A stretch of DNA of 64,000 nucleotides from Marsupella aquatica (taxonomy: Eukaryota; Plantae; Marchantiophyta), in NCBI GenBank assembly GCA_973895155.1, contig OZ316893.1, forward strand, positions 2,130,420-2,194,419, given 5' to 3'. The position numbers were made by a program, and so were the translations under genes. Under the pieces are notes generated by a model. The model was not told the DNA's origin and searched no databases. It saw only the letters and a list, made by a program, of their open reading frames with translations. Positions 37,897 through 50,997 of this stretch are shown here, piece after piece; the stretch's first letter is position 1, and every line of letters starts with the position of its first letter.

Positions 37897-39055
37897 GAGA
37901 TATATGCTTGATGGCCCCCCGGTGAACCTTTCTTACCTGATGGGCCCCTAGGTAACTTTTTTTACCAAGTAGGACCCCTCTTAATGACCAGTACACCTGT
38001 TCTTGTGTGGTGCCCTACACCTGTCCTTGTGTGGTGCCTACTATGTACAGTGACTCCAGGCAAATTGCACGGTTGAACTATGCGGCCGACCCTGCATGGT
38101 CGACCGAGAAACCACGGAGATTATTCAGGAGAAACCGCGAAAAGCGACTACCGCTGTCGAAATTGTGATTTGAAGACAATATGCATTATGTCTTCAGATT
38201 CAATGGTTTAATGTCTGAAGACACAATGAATTATGTCTTCCCGTGTTTCAAGGTTTAGGGTGTACCCTGACATCTTCGGGTCTGTCTTCGTTTGAAATTG
38301 TTTGTATGCATTGCACAGGGGAGTATCACCATTTTTCGAGCGCATTTGTCAATCACTTGCGATTTTTGTTGTGGCAGCAATGGGCAAATTCCGAACATTG
38401 AACTTGAATATTCTTTGTGGACATTTGGAGGTACCCTGCACTGACGCTGATAGACGCATATGAAAACATTGTGAAAAACCCATGTGCACTGCGTGAAAAA
38501 TTTACCTAATGACTACCCCGTGATACAATAAAAATTTGAACCCAAAGACATAATCCATATTGTATTCAAGTCACTGTTTGGGCAGCGGCGGCAGCTTTTT
38601 GCAGTTCTCCCACATCATCTCTACGGTTTCACCTGTTTCTCTCACATGTTTCTTCGACCATGTAGGGGTGGCCTCCCGCACAGTCCAACAGTCACAAAAA
38701 AACCCATACAAGCAAACTTAATGACTACCCCGCGATTGGTCAAATTTTGAATCGGAAGACATAATGCATATTGTCTTCAAATCACAGTTTCGACAGCGAC
38801 AGTCGCTTTTCGCGGTTTCTCCTGAATAATCTCCATGGTTTCTCGGTCGACCATGCAGGGTCAACCGCACGGTTCAACTGTGCAATTTGCCTGGAGTCAC
38901 TGTACATAGTAGGCACCACACAAGGACAGGTGTAGGCACCACACAAGAACAGGTGTATTGGTCATTAAGAGGGGTCCTACTTGGTAAAAAAAAAGTTACC
39001 TAGGGGCCCATGTGGTAAGAAAGGTTCACCAAGGGGCCCATCAAGCATATATCTC
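37897..39055. mobile_element. Non-autonomous Mutator-like foldback element (1159 bp, ~305-bp TIRs)
   Basis: GAGATATATGCTTGATGG...CCATCAAGCATATATCTC. TIRs at ~37897-38203 and ~38748-39055 are highly similar. The perfect 10-bp TSD TTGCTAGAAG is at 37887-37896 and 39056-39065. Confidence 0.92.
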
Positions 39056-41344
39056 TTGCTAGAAGTAGAGCATAAACCTAAAAATTTAAATTAGAAATTA
39101 AGATGGAAACACATAAAATTGTTGTAATAACATAAAAATACATCACTCCTTGGCATTTCAGGATGGCATGACTCAGTGACGGTGTCCAAATCCATATTTG
39201 CTAACCCTTGGCGAGTCTTGTCCTTTCAGAACATGCAACTAAGTACCTCTGTTACAGTTAGACAAGAATAAACAATCTGATGCCTGGATGGACCACAGCA
39301 TTTGACCTTGGGACCTGAATAAAGAGGGCGCTGACACCCAAAACAGTGACCGTTTATGCAAAGGAAACGTACTAGCCTAGTAGAAAAGATTATATTGAAG
39401 TGGTCCATGCAAGTTGCATAGTACATCCACATCTTAGTAAACAGAGTGGCTTACGGGAGCTTCAGCTTCCAGAATAAACTATATAATATCACCTAAGTAA
39501 TCAAATTAATAATCAAATAAAGCAGTGGGTGGAAGTGGTTTTTGAATACTAAATAGTGGTTGGTAGTTACACAAAGTATTTTACTCACACGTTGAGGTCA
39601 CTCTAACAAGTCATGGTATGGTATGAGACTAATGAGAGAGTGGAATGATCACCGCTGCCCGAGGCTGCCTCCTTCAGGCCAGTCAACATAAACTGCTTGG
39701 AGGCTCATGACCAGTCAACAAACATCCTCCAAAAAAGAGAAGAAAAAAGGTGGAAAAAAACATCCTCAGCTGCTGCCGATTGCTGTTAATGTCAACGGTG
39801 TTAGAATGCAAAATATAATTATTTAGAGAACGGTGGGCTCAGCTTAAAAGCAAATAATATCTAGAGAATTTTACATGTTGAGGTAATCTTCTACAGTTCT
39901 CACTGCATTTAGTGTGAGCAAAGAATTAGTGTTACTTCCAAAGTAGGGTTGGTAACACTACACCAGGTGGGATAAAAAATAGATTGTAGGGAGTGTTAAC
40001 TTAAGTAAATTCCACAAAGTTTAAGATTTCAAAGATGCCGTCTAATGGATGTCCTTTGCCTTATTAAGTAACCTGGAGATGCTAACGCCACAACTCGATC
40101 ACCACCACCTTGCATCCAAGCATGCTCTGTCCCATGCTCTGTCCCATTGTTCCACTAATGTTACAAACCTCTACAAAAATTGATGCAAAACGTCTGCCAT
40201 TTAGTGGTCCAAAACACAATTTTCTGTCCATTTTATTAGTTTCAGCTTGGATTTAGTGTGCATACATAAATTAAGGTGCGAGCTCCCAAAAAAAGCTCCA
40301 CATAAATTAATGTGAGTACTAGGTATATGTAGTGAACAGTCTAGTACTAGGTAGGATCTTCAATAATTCAACTATGCCCAACACCGCTCTGCAACTAATA
40401 TTATCGGCACTCAAGGTCATTATCAAATCCTTTGGGCTGGACCCTTATACCTTGGGATTTTATTTTCATAATAAGACTACATGTCCAAGGCAAACAAGGT
40501 AATAAGATCCACTTAGTCATTAGCTGGGATGATGTTTCCATCCAACTTTTGAATTGGAATGAGATCTCAAGATGCTCTTTGTACAAAATTGAAACACTTT
40601 TTACTCAAATTCCTTACAATTGTCAACCTTCCAGCGATTCTTTGTTTGAGTTTTTAATTGAAGTTTATGAGCCATAACCCCTTGCCAGCTTGCCACAAGG
40701 ATTTCTTTATCTAAATCTGTGTTTAGTTGCATAGATCAGGGTTGCGGCTCCCTCCCAAGTATAATTTCTCAAATATCCTTTATCAGGTTTATGCTCGACA
40801 ACTGATCATCTCTACTGAGGCCATGGCTTGTACCCTTCCTTGGGGAATATAACCTACAAGTTCCTCAAGGGACTTTTTGAGCAATTGACTGTTCAGACAA
40901 CATGCACATTCACGTGAAACATCTAAACTAGCAAGTACTCACATAGAAAAATATGTGTTTCATTTCTCTAGAGGTTACAACCACGAGAACACACAAGAGA
41001 ACTTTGTTGCACTCTAGGGCTGCCCATTGTCCATACCAACTGTCTACAACAAAAGCTCTCCTTATATCTGAGACAACTCTATACTAATGAGCCTAAATTC
41101 CAATCACAAGGACATAGGGTTACACAAACCCCTAAGTTACACTCACAAGCTCACTAGTGCCTGTGCTTATACCAAGTAGCATATCCAACTTTGATCAAGT
41201 ACCAGATTGCTCTCTAGACCCAAGTATAATGCCTAATAGGATTCAGGGTCGTTAACCTTCCATGTAATCGCATATCCCATGTGAGTACTATCCAAGTAAA
41301 ATGCTTTTGGTGGGGATCCATCCAAACTTATAGATCAACATCCA

Positions 41345-42615
41345 TGTATTGCTCTCATTGAGAAGAAGGAACTTGAAGCTTGTTTTAGGATGAGCCGGCT
41401 ATAATGGTGAATCCGACTTTCACATTTTGTCTTATTCAGATTTTGTGTCAAGTATTTTGATTTTAACGTGCCTTAAGAAGGTGAATCATTTGTATTAATT
41501 TGATTTTGAATTAACTTTTGGACCCCTTTTAATTTAGTGAACTTATAGTATTTTGAATGTATTTGGCTCCCGTCTTAAATGTTTAATTTTTCATTCACTT
41601 CTTAGTGAATTCTCTTTTTTCTAATGAAAGTGACAGAAATGAGTTTGAACAATGTGCACATCTGGTGTATTAAGTTCCCCTAGTGATCTACTTTACAAAA
41701 TTTATGGTTTTAAATGAATTGATTATCGTTAATTAGAAGCAAGTGAAAATCTGTACTGTATGTGTACAATTCTTTAGTAACTTTGTACTTTCTTGATCAT
41801 AATGTCTTTTTTTTACATGTGTATTTATGGTTTTGTGTGTTATGGCACTCACTCTTAATTAAGAGATATTAATTTCTTGGCATATGCTTTGTATGTACCT
41901 AGTTACTTACTTCTTTTATTATAAAATTACATATCACTACAAGACAAAAAAAAGAGGCATGTTCCAAGATGAACATGCTATATTTCTCTCATTGAGAATG
42001 AAACTGCTGAATCCATCTTCTAGTATTTTGTCTTATTCAAACTTCTTTTCTTGTGTATTATAATTCAATGTGTCTTACCAAGGTGCATCCCTTGTATACT
42101 TTAGATTTTGAATTTAATCTGGCACCCCTCTAAATTTTTCAATCTTTGCTATACTTTTGATCATCCACCCTTTAACAAAGCTCAGGGAAATTCTAGCCCT
42201 TAGTGAAGAAGAAATGATCTAATTAAAGTGCAGTCTTCATGTCTTTAAGTTCTACTCATGATTTTGTGTCCTAAATTTATGGTTTTAATTCATTTGAGTG
42301 TCATTACCAAAGATAAGTTCATAAATATCTTTACTGGTATATAGTATGTGCAGAACCCAATACCATAGACTTAAATTTTTCTTGTTCATTATTACTTTTC
42401 CTTACATGTGTACTTTTATTCTTGTACCTGATGTGCACAACTTTTCAATGTCAGGCTTCCTAATCAATGTCCTATTTATATTTGCCACAAAAAAATTAGA
42501 TCACCTGTATTTCATTAAAAAACTTAAACTTTTTTCCAGAGGACAAAACAACTTTTCATGTTCCAGTATGAGTATGCTATATTGCTCTCATTGAGAAGAT
42601 GGAACTTGAAGCTTG
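41345..42615. repeat. Two diverged tandem ~630-bp AT-rich units
   Basis: CTCTCATTGAGAA recurs at ~41353, ~41986 and ~42585. TTTTGTCTTATTCA and AAATTTATGGTTTTAA are shared by both units. Confidence 0.65.
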
Positions 42616-43021
42616 GAGAAGCCCTACTCAGAAGCTTCAATGTTAAGGCTTGTCTTCAATGTAGTAGGTACTTAGTGTTGCCCCCCCTCAATTCTATGAG
42701 CATTGGACAAGTGTACAGTGAGTCTAGGTTGCTTTATTCAAGTTTCAGAAGTTGGGACCTCAAGGGCCCACTTTGACTGTTGTGAAGCCTTGCTACTAAG
42801 GGGTGGGAGGCATTTAATCCTGTGTGTATAATTTGATGTCACATATTCAGTTTGGGGTCTTAAAACTGAAGGCCAACTACATGCAAGCAACTCCAAGAGA
42901 ATCTCCAATCCTGCAAGGGTTAATAAGGAGATGTTGACTAAGCCCAGTAAAGAAAATGTGAAAAGTCAAGTCCAACCCAGTCACTACAATGCTTGCTTTC
43001 TGGGTTTTTTTGGCACTGCAT

Positions 43022-43660
43022 TGCTGTTCACCATAATTGGTCGTGTCTCTAAATTAGTGTTAGCCTCTAAGTAAATTGGTAATCATAATTTAAGAGTGGG
43101 GCAGGTTGAATAGAAAATCACACTAAATGTGGTGGGTTTTGGGGCTAACTGTTAAGGGTTGGAATTCCCTGAATCACAATAGAGCAATTGATTTTTTTCT
43201 GTCCCACTCCTTATTTGTGGGGACATTGTTTGACAAGTAGTGTAGCCTGTTCAGACTCCTTTCCCTCGAGGTGACTTTTCCTTTTCTAGTGATAGTGAAT
43301 GCATGAGCCACACTCTCTTCCCTAGGTGTTTGCGGGGGTGTTTGATATGAGAGAGCAACCAAAATAGTATAACGCTCATGTTATTTAATGGGTACACTAT
43401 TTTATTTTTTATAAATTTTTTTAAGGGAAATCTGTGAAACCCCACAGAAAGGGAAGAGTCAGCCCACAATAGTTAAACCCAAGACCTATCAGTCTCTACT
43501 CATTCAAGTGAGCTACCACAAAGTCATGCCTCTCTGGGCATTAATGGGTACACTATTAATATCAATCGGTAATTAAAATTAGAAATGTTCATTGAAGAGT
43601 AAGCCCCCAAAATTTAGGCTACAAAAATAGTATTATGACTACTAATTGTGGTGAACAATG
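43022..43660. mobile_element. MITE of the CACTGTTCAC family (degenerate)
   Basis: TGTTCACCATAATTGGT ... ACTAATTGTGGTGAACAATG|TA. Confidence 0.45.
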
Positions 43661-44759
43661 TATATATGGAAGAGATGATAAACTAAGAAGCTTTTTACTG
43701 GGTTTGTTTATGGGTTTCAAACTTGCAATCTATTGTTGTAAGATATACTTAGGGTTGGACCTACTTTTCAGTTGACCATGACAACTACTGACAATATACT
43801 AAACAGGACATTGTCAGACAGGGTATTTAATGTACCCAACAAGCTAACCTCATTGGGTTGGGAATGCTAAGTAACAAAAAAACTTTACACTTAAGAAATT
43901 GAAAACTCATCCTGTTTTACATGCTGCACTGACGTATCTTGCTGTGGGATCAAAACATGAAAAGAGCTCTTTAATGATATGATGCTATTTGGTGAGTCTT
44001 GTCGGGTAGCTGCAACGGATCTTCAAACTTGGTCCCATATTCTCAATCATGTGAAGCTTACCCAAACTCATTTTGGGGGGATAAACATTTTTTCTGAACA
44101 ATATCGATAGACCAGGTTAATCTTAAATGCTTTTTCCTTTTCTCCAAGGTGAGTGGCCTCGTTACCCACCTTCTGAAAAGAAGAAGATGCTACGGGTATG
44201 CCTTATGTGATATTCATAGATTAATTTATGATGTTTTAGATGTCCCTAGGTCTAAGGATAGTAGTTAGATTCTGGCTAATAAAACATGGAACTGGGGAAT
44301 TTTTGCCAAGAGGAGCGAAGACTTTTTGGGTGAGGTGGAATATGGCAAAGTTTTGCCATAAGAAAAACGTTGCCATAGACCTATTGTTTTGACAATGGAA
44401 TTGACAGACTATGCTAGTACCTACGTTAGAAGCTCGTGCTAAACAATTGACCAAGTTAGACAACCTACTAATTGTAGGTTTATTCGAAGCTGCTGTTTTT
44501 GGTTGAGATTCTTGAATGGTTGCTAGCTACTGGACACAAACTCCCTTTGCCCCCAAAATAGAAAAATAATAAGAAGAAAAAAGTCATAAGCTTACCACAC
44601 ATGCAAGAAAGTGCACTGAACAAAGGAGAAAGACAAAAGGAAAGTGCAAGTGAATGATTGTCATTTTTGTCTTCATCGAAGAACTGTTTGGCTAGCATTC
44701 CAGCAAGCATGGATGTAAAGATTCAGGTCCGTGGTTTTTGGGAAATTCATTTATTCAAA

Positions 44760-45165
44760 TCCCTTGGGTCCCACTCTTAGACGCTGCCTCTTTTCTATGA
44801 TGTGAAAAGATACTGACCTCCAATTTTTTTTAAAGTGTATTTTGTGTGCAAGGGACTGTGCTGTAACTCCCTTATGAACCGCTTGGGTCCCACTCTTAGA
44901 GGCTACCCCTTTTCTTTCCATTTAGGTGATAAGAGAAGGGTCACCAACTTTCCTCAACTGTCAAGTTTTTTTGGTGTGCAAAGGGCTTTGGTGAAAACTC
45001 ATTTACTAAAACCCCTTGGGTCCCACTTTACTTCTTAGACCCTTCCCCTTTCCCATAGGTGAAAGGAAAGTGATCTCCAATTTTTCCAAATGTCAAATCT
45101 TTTGTGTGCAAAAGGCATTGATGAACCCCACTTTTGGGAATGAGGTTTGTGTAAAAGTGCATCAA
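44760..45165. repeat. Three degenerate ~120-130-bp tandem units
   Basis: CTTGGGTCCCACT(C/T)T(T/A) at ~44763, ~44882 and ~45015, each followed by a degenerate T-rich GTGTGCAA motif. Confidence 0.65.
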
Positions 45166-45937
45166 TTGCTCAAGCTTGAACTGGCAGTGTCACCTGCAAC
45201 AATGAAGGTTGCTGGGGCTATGTTTGTTGGAATGATTGATGATAAGCAAACTCTAGTTATGTGGATCCGCACACCACAGGTAGCATTAGGAATTGTGAGA
45301 AAATACACCCTCATCTCATCACATGGCAATAGCGCGATATGGGCAGCATTGAATGGCAAGTGCCAATGGCTCCACTCTTCCTGGGCACTTGAAAATGAAT
45401 CTCATTCCCTATTGAAATAGTCAGGGATAAGTCAGATAGATACTTTCAACCTATGTTGTTGGCAATCTTTTCATTTTCTGTGAAGAAGAGATTTACAAGA
45501 ACATGTGGCACGTTAGTTTCAAGGTTAGCTTCTCACAATATGGCGGTGGTAGCTCTATTCTGTGTAGTTTCTTTTCCTCTTTCTGGGTTTTTGGGAGTTT
45601 TCCTTTTCTCATTACTTTTTGACTTTCCAGGGTTTTGGGTTTTCTTTTGCTCACTTCTTTTGAATTTGATGTTTATCTGCTTTGGAGCTTTTTTGTTTGT
45701 CCATTCTTGTACGTGTTTGGCCATTTTTGTAAGTATATTGTCTAATCTTTTCAGATTTACAAGAACCACCTAACACCAAATGACCCATAACTTCCACTAT
45801 TTTTGATTCTAGATTTTATGACAACCATTCCTATGAAGTACCTGCACATTTTGGTTTTCCATGAAATTAAGAGATCACTAGTACAAGTAATCTCCCAATC
45901 CTACAGTACATGGAATGGGCTAACCAGTAGCAGATTG

Positions 45938-46105
45938 CTCTGCTAATTTTAGTAGAGGATCTGTGCTCGATTGATTTTAGTTATCCGTGCCCTGCTAGTT
46001 TTAGTAGAGGATCTATGCTCTTATTATTCTAGTAGGGGGTATATTTTCCATTGATTTTAGCTGCTCTGCTAATTTCAGTAGAGGATCTATGCTCCATTGA
46101 TTTTA
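45938..46105. repeat. Three short degenerate direct repeats
   Basis: CTGCTA(A/G)TTT(T/C)AGTAGAGGATCT(G/A)TGCTC x3. Confidence 0.75.
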
Positions 46106-48579
46106 GCCGCGTGCATCAATGCATGGCCAATTTGAATAGCCACAAGTCCATGCTGTGTGCGCTGTCCTCTTCTGAAACTACGGGGTCTGGAAATCTTGAG
46201 ACCAAATTCAGGTCCGGCAACCGCGTTTTGAGACCACACAAAATCATGTTTCTCTAGAGTTTAGCCCCCTTTCCTTTTGGAGGGTTCGAGCCAGCAAAAC
46301 AACCCATTAGTCATAAATCGGACATTTATGACATTGCTTCGTCTGATATGACGGTCTCTCCCCGGGCACCTGTCCTGCCCTGCCCTCTGGCAGCCAAACC
46401 CAGAGAATGATAATATGTCTTTTTCTGTTGGGCAGGCCGGACAATCATGCTGGCGAGGCCGCTCGTGGAGTCGGTGGTGGGGGCCCGGGGACGGGCAGCA
46501 GGGCAGTGCAGGGATTCACGTTCAATATCCAGCCCGTACACTGCCCGAGCTCCCATTTTGAGTTCGGGCCAAAAATCACGTCGTCGAGCTCTCACCCGTT
46601 CGGGCATGCGTAGGTTGACAAATTCATTGGTCCGGGGCACAGGGAAAGCACACGAGTAATGGTTGGGGCAATCGGGAATCTTCAGCCCGTAGTCCCACTC
46701 CGTCGATTCTCCACATCGACAGCCTGTGTGACAAAAAATTGGGCCACGTAGCATGCAAAGCCGCGGTCCGCTGCAGACCGGGCAGGGCAGGGCGGGGCAG
46801 AGTGATGATAAGTCGGGCAGGGGGCAGAAAGGAGAAGTTAGTGTTCCGTCCATGATGAGGGGTCATGATGAGGTATGTGTCAGGAACGGGACATGCCCAC
46901 AGATTACACTAATGATGAGGTATGTGTCAGACGGACATTGCCACATCATGTTTGATGTGGACTGCGTAAGCAGAAAAAGTGAAATTTATTATTACTGCCC
47001 GGACCGCGGGCGTGGCATAAAACTTCACCGATCTATCAGATCTGGTCATCCCGATTTAGAAAGTGCCAGCGCAGTAAATCAATCGATTTACGTCTTTAGC
47101 GTATTATTATCGATATTTGGTAGCTCTATTTTGAACTCAGGGAAAAAGCCTGAACGTGGATCTTCAAGATCGACGCATATCTTTAAGGGAATGTTCTTCT
47201 TATTTTTACTTGTTTTGAATGTTTATTTTCTAGTAATGGTGTGTCTTCTTAGGTTCTAAAGCTTTGTCCTCTCCTTTCCCCTACGTGTACGGCAGGTCTA
47301 TTTAATATGATTGGAATGTTTTTAGTATTTATAAATTACTTTTGCTTGTAGGCCAGAATTTCCCTTGCTGTCAACAAAGAGACTACATGACTTAGACCAT
47401 CTCTAACCCAATGGGGTTTCTGCTTGCCTGGTACATTAAAACCTAGTCTGACAATGTCCTTTTTTAGTTCAATGTAGCATCTATCATGATTAATTGAAAA
47501 GTAGCCCCATCCCTGACTAACCACGTAACAGCACAAACTCTAGATTGAGAACTTGAAACTAGACGAACCCAGTAAAGGGCCCAATAATATATAGAATCCA
47601 TACCATGAAAAGAAAAACCAAAAAATCTTGCAGACCCATAGAGTTCCAAGGAGTGAGTTGGATACTACTTTTTATATTTTCTCTCTACTGGGCTCTGTCA
47701 ACATCCTAATATAGTAACAAACCCCCTTGGGTGGGAGATGCTCTTAAAGAAGTAACTTTTGGCCCTTAATGGTAGTGTTGGTAAGTGAGGTTCTCCCATC
47801 AGGATTATATTCACTAGAAGAACAAGTCAAGGTTGACAGTATAGCAGGTTTATACATGGTCACTTGTGATTCAAAGCGTGCACTTGCCAAATTCAGCTAT
47901 AGGGCGAGCTACATGGATTTCAAGAGGTGGGCAAGATTTAGCTACAAACTGAGCTTGGGTGTTTGGAAGATGCAAGCAAACATGAATTTTCAGCAGTGAG
48001 GAACAGTACTGTTAGTGATGACACTCAGATTGCCAGTGAGCCACAACCATCCCCAAATTCAGTGTGAATTTACGGAGTCTCTTGGGCACTTCATCAACAA
48101 GTGCACTCACCAAAAAAGGAGAGATAATCTGAGTTTCCAAAAACCCAAATGACACAAAATTGAAGTTATGCAAAACCAAGTTTTGGCGAGTGAAGAACAA
48201 ATTTGCTAGCCGAGTGGTGGATGTTTGGGATTTTTCCTCCTATGAAAAATATATATGTTATACTAGATCTATGGCCAAAGGCTGTGTCTGCTTTAGTGCA
48301 ATTTTTACAACAAATTTTCCAAAAAGAACCTAGTAAAGATTTCCATGAAAAACTTTCTGGCAACACATACAAACGTAATGGGTTTACAGGTAGGTCTATT
48401 GCAAGGAAAGTTGCAACAGGTAAAACATTCCTGTTTGCTTGCATTGTACTGGTATTAATTGACCTTAAGGGTGACCTCTCCAAGCTTCTTGACCTTCCAT
48501 GATAGACCTTGCACACATCACAAAACATGTTTTACATATACTTTCTATATCAGTGTCACTTGTTAGTATATATGATTCC

Positions 48580-49210
48580 AGAATGAAACTGCTATACGGT
48601 GAATCTATCGTCCAATATCTTGTCTTATTCAAACTTCTTTCTTGTCTATTTTAATTCAATGTGTCTTACCAAGGTGCATCCCTTGTATACTTTAGATTTT
48701 GAATTTAATCTGGCACCCCTCTAAATTTTTCAATCTTTGATATATTTTTGATCATCCACCCTTTAACAAAGTTCACTGAAGTTCTAGCCCTTAGTGAAGA
48801 AGAAATGATCTAATTAAAGTGCACTCCTCATGTTTTAAGTTCTAGTCATGGTTTTGTGTCCTAAATTTATGGTTTAAGTTCTAGTCATGGTTTTGTGTCC
48901 TAAATTTATGGTTTTAATTCATTTGAGTGTCATTATCTAACAAAAGTACATAAGTATCTTTACTGGTGTATAGTATGTGCAGAACCCAATACCATAGACC
49001 TAAATTTTTCCTGTTCATTATTACTTTTCTTTACATGTGTATTTTTACTCTTGTACTTTATGTGCACAACTTTTGAATGTCAGGCTTCCTAATCGATGTC
49101 CTATTTATATTTGCCACAAAAAAATTAGATCACCTGTATTTCACTAAAAAAACTTAAACTTTTTGCTAGAGGACAAAATAACTTTTCATGTTCCAGGATG
49201 AGTATGCTAT
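48580..49210 (+). repeat. Dispersed high-identity copy of 41995-42581
   Basis: TTGTCTTATTCAAACTTCTTT...CAAGGTGCATCCCTTGTATACTTTAGATTTTGAATTTAATCTGGCACCCCTC...ATGAGTATGCTAT is shared. This copy has an extra 39-bp internal tandem duplication at ~48833-48913. Confidence 0.9.
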
Positions 49211-50765
49211 ACTATATATAAATATATATCATATCGACAAGCTCTCTGGAATTGAAATCCATTTTACATTACATGTATGTATCTCAAATGTCACTATGAT
49301 TTAAAATCCAATATTTTAGGTGAGAACTATTGATGGTCACAGCAGAGAAATCATAATTATAGATGTAGAAATTTGCACTAATCTACTCTACATTAAAATA
49401 AACATTAAAATTACTCAAATATGTTTTTTTCATGCACATATCATTCTCCTACAAATGGCCACGCCCCCAAAGCCAATATCTAACATTCTTTCTGATGAAC
49501 CTAAGTAAGGAGTAAGGAGTAAGGCTAACAGTCACAAGAAGTATGGCCCACCTACATCCCAAATGTTTTACTTTAATCCTTCTGTGTATCATCAGCTTAT
49601 CTTGAGGTTTTGGTGGTTCTTCCTTAATATGCAATGTGGGTGTAATCTCTGTGTGCAACCCAGATCTGTAGAGTAAGTACAAGTGCCACTATATTGAGGG
49701 GCCTTGCCCCTAACTGGTGACTATTCACTTGAACAGGAGAATGGTAGACCTACCTAGCAGGCTCTCAAACTCGCCTTAAACAATATTATCAAGAGCAACA
49801 AACACTAATCATTAAAAATTGAATTTTGGCCCTTGAAATTAAAACTATTCTTGTCCTGATTGGTCCACTGAAAGGCTGAAACTTTTTCTCTCTCAAATTG
49901 TAATCCCGCATTCCATCCCACTTTGTAATCTCGACAACATTGGAAGCATACTTATTTTATTCAATTAAAAACTATAAAAAAAAATACTTTTCTCCTATTG
50001 CGTGACAATGGTTACATTTTGCGATGCAGTGGCCACCATCACTCATCTTGCCTCCATGTGCTCTAACCTTCCTCGTCCACAAAAACAACACTACAACAAC
50101 AACCGTGACCACAATGATAAATCGCCTGCAGCAACTCCATATGAAGCTCCACGTGCTCCTCAGCACGACCGTTGCTCAATGGCCCCTATTGTTTGCAAAG
50201 GAAACCAACCTCATCGGTAAATGTATTGTCTTCATCTTGGAACCCCAAGATTATTGCCTTGTCTCAAGCTCAATAGTCGTTAGTAAAAAGATCAGCGTGT
50301 AGAGACTCCCAAGCCGCGTGGCCTTGCCATAAGCTTAAGGTAAATTTTTGCACCACTGTTCGTCCAGAATGGCCTCTCTACCTGGTCTTGCCTCAACTTC
50401 TATGCTTTCTATATGCTGACTGTCTTGCCTCCAAGACATGCCCATGACCCAAATAGCTAGCTTGGCCTAAAGCTTGTCCCAAGCATTGGGACCAGTTCAG
50501 CCTCAACTCTAGCAACCATGTCTACGGATCCAACTCAAGTGGGAGTCCAAGGGCATGATGCACTTGGACCTCAATACCCACTTATACTCTAAGTTGCCTC
50601 TCCAATGCAAGTTGTCATGGGAAACTGAACGCGGCTTGGAGGATTGGCAAGAGGGTGAGATGGCCCTTGCAAACTGTGAGCACCCTAACCAAAGGAACAC
50701 CCAGACCCAACTCGGATCAAGGAAAAGTATTCCTCTTCAATAGCTTTCCAACACACTCAATAAGT

Positions 50766-50997
50766 CCCTGGATAATCACTTAGAGTAAAACCCCTAAAAC
50801 ACGTGAGAATAAACTAATGAAATTTGAAAAAATTAATTAAAAAAACATCAATGAAAAATACCCTAATAGTAATACTTTTACCAAAATTGGATTTTTAAAT
50901 GGCTTTAGTATAAGTTTTTTATTACCCCAACAAGATTAGAAATAACCTTCATTGGTTTGCACCCCGTTCTAATAATCCAACGAGTGATTCCTCAGGG
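50766..50997. mobile_element. Degenerate AT-rich MITE-like repeat, with a related copy ending at 61271
   Basis: Imperfect TIR CCCTGGATAATCACT / AGTGATTCCTCAGGG. TAAAACACGTGAGAA...GTTCTAATAATCCAA..AGTGATTCCTCAGGG also occurs at ~61008-61271. Confidence 0.5.

Noticed and set aside
46851-46950. C/D-box snoRNA suggested by repeated ATGATGA
   Set aside because: No suitably placed D box (CTGA) or terminal stem. It looks like a short local duplication.
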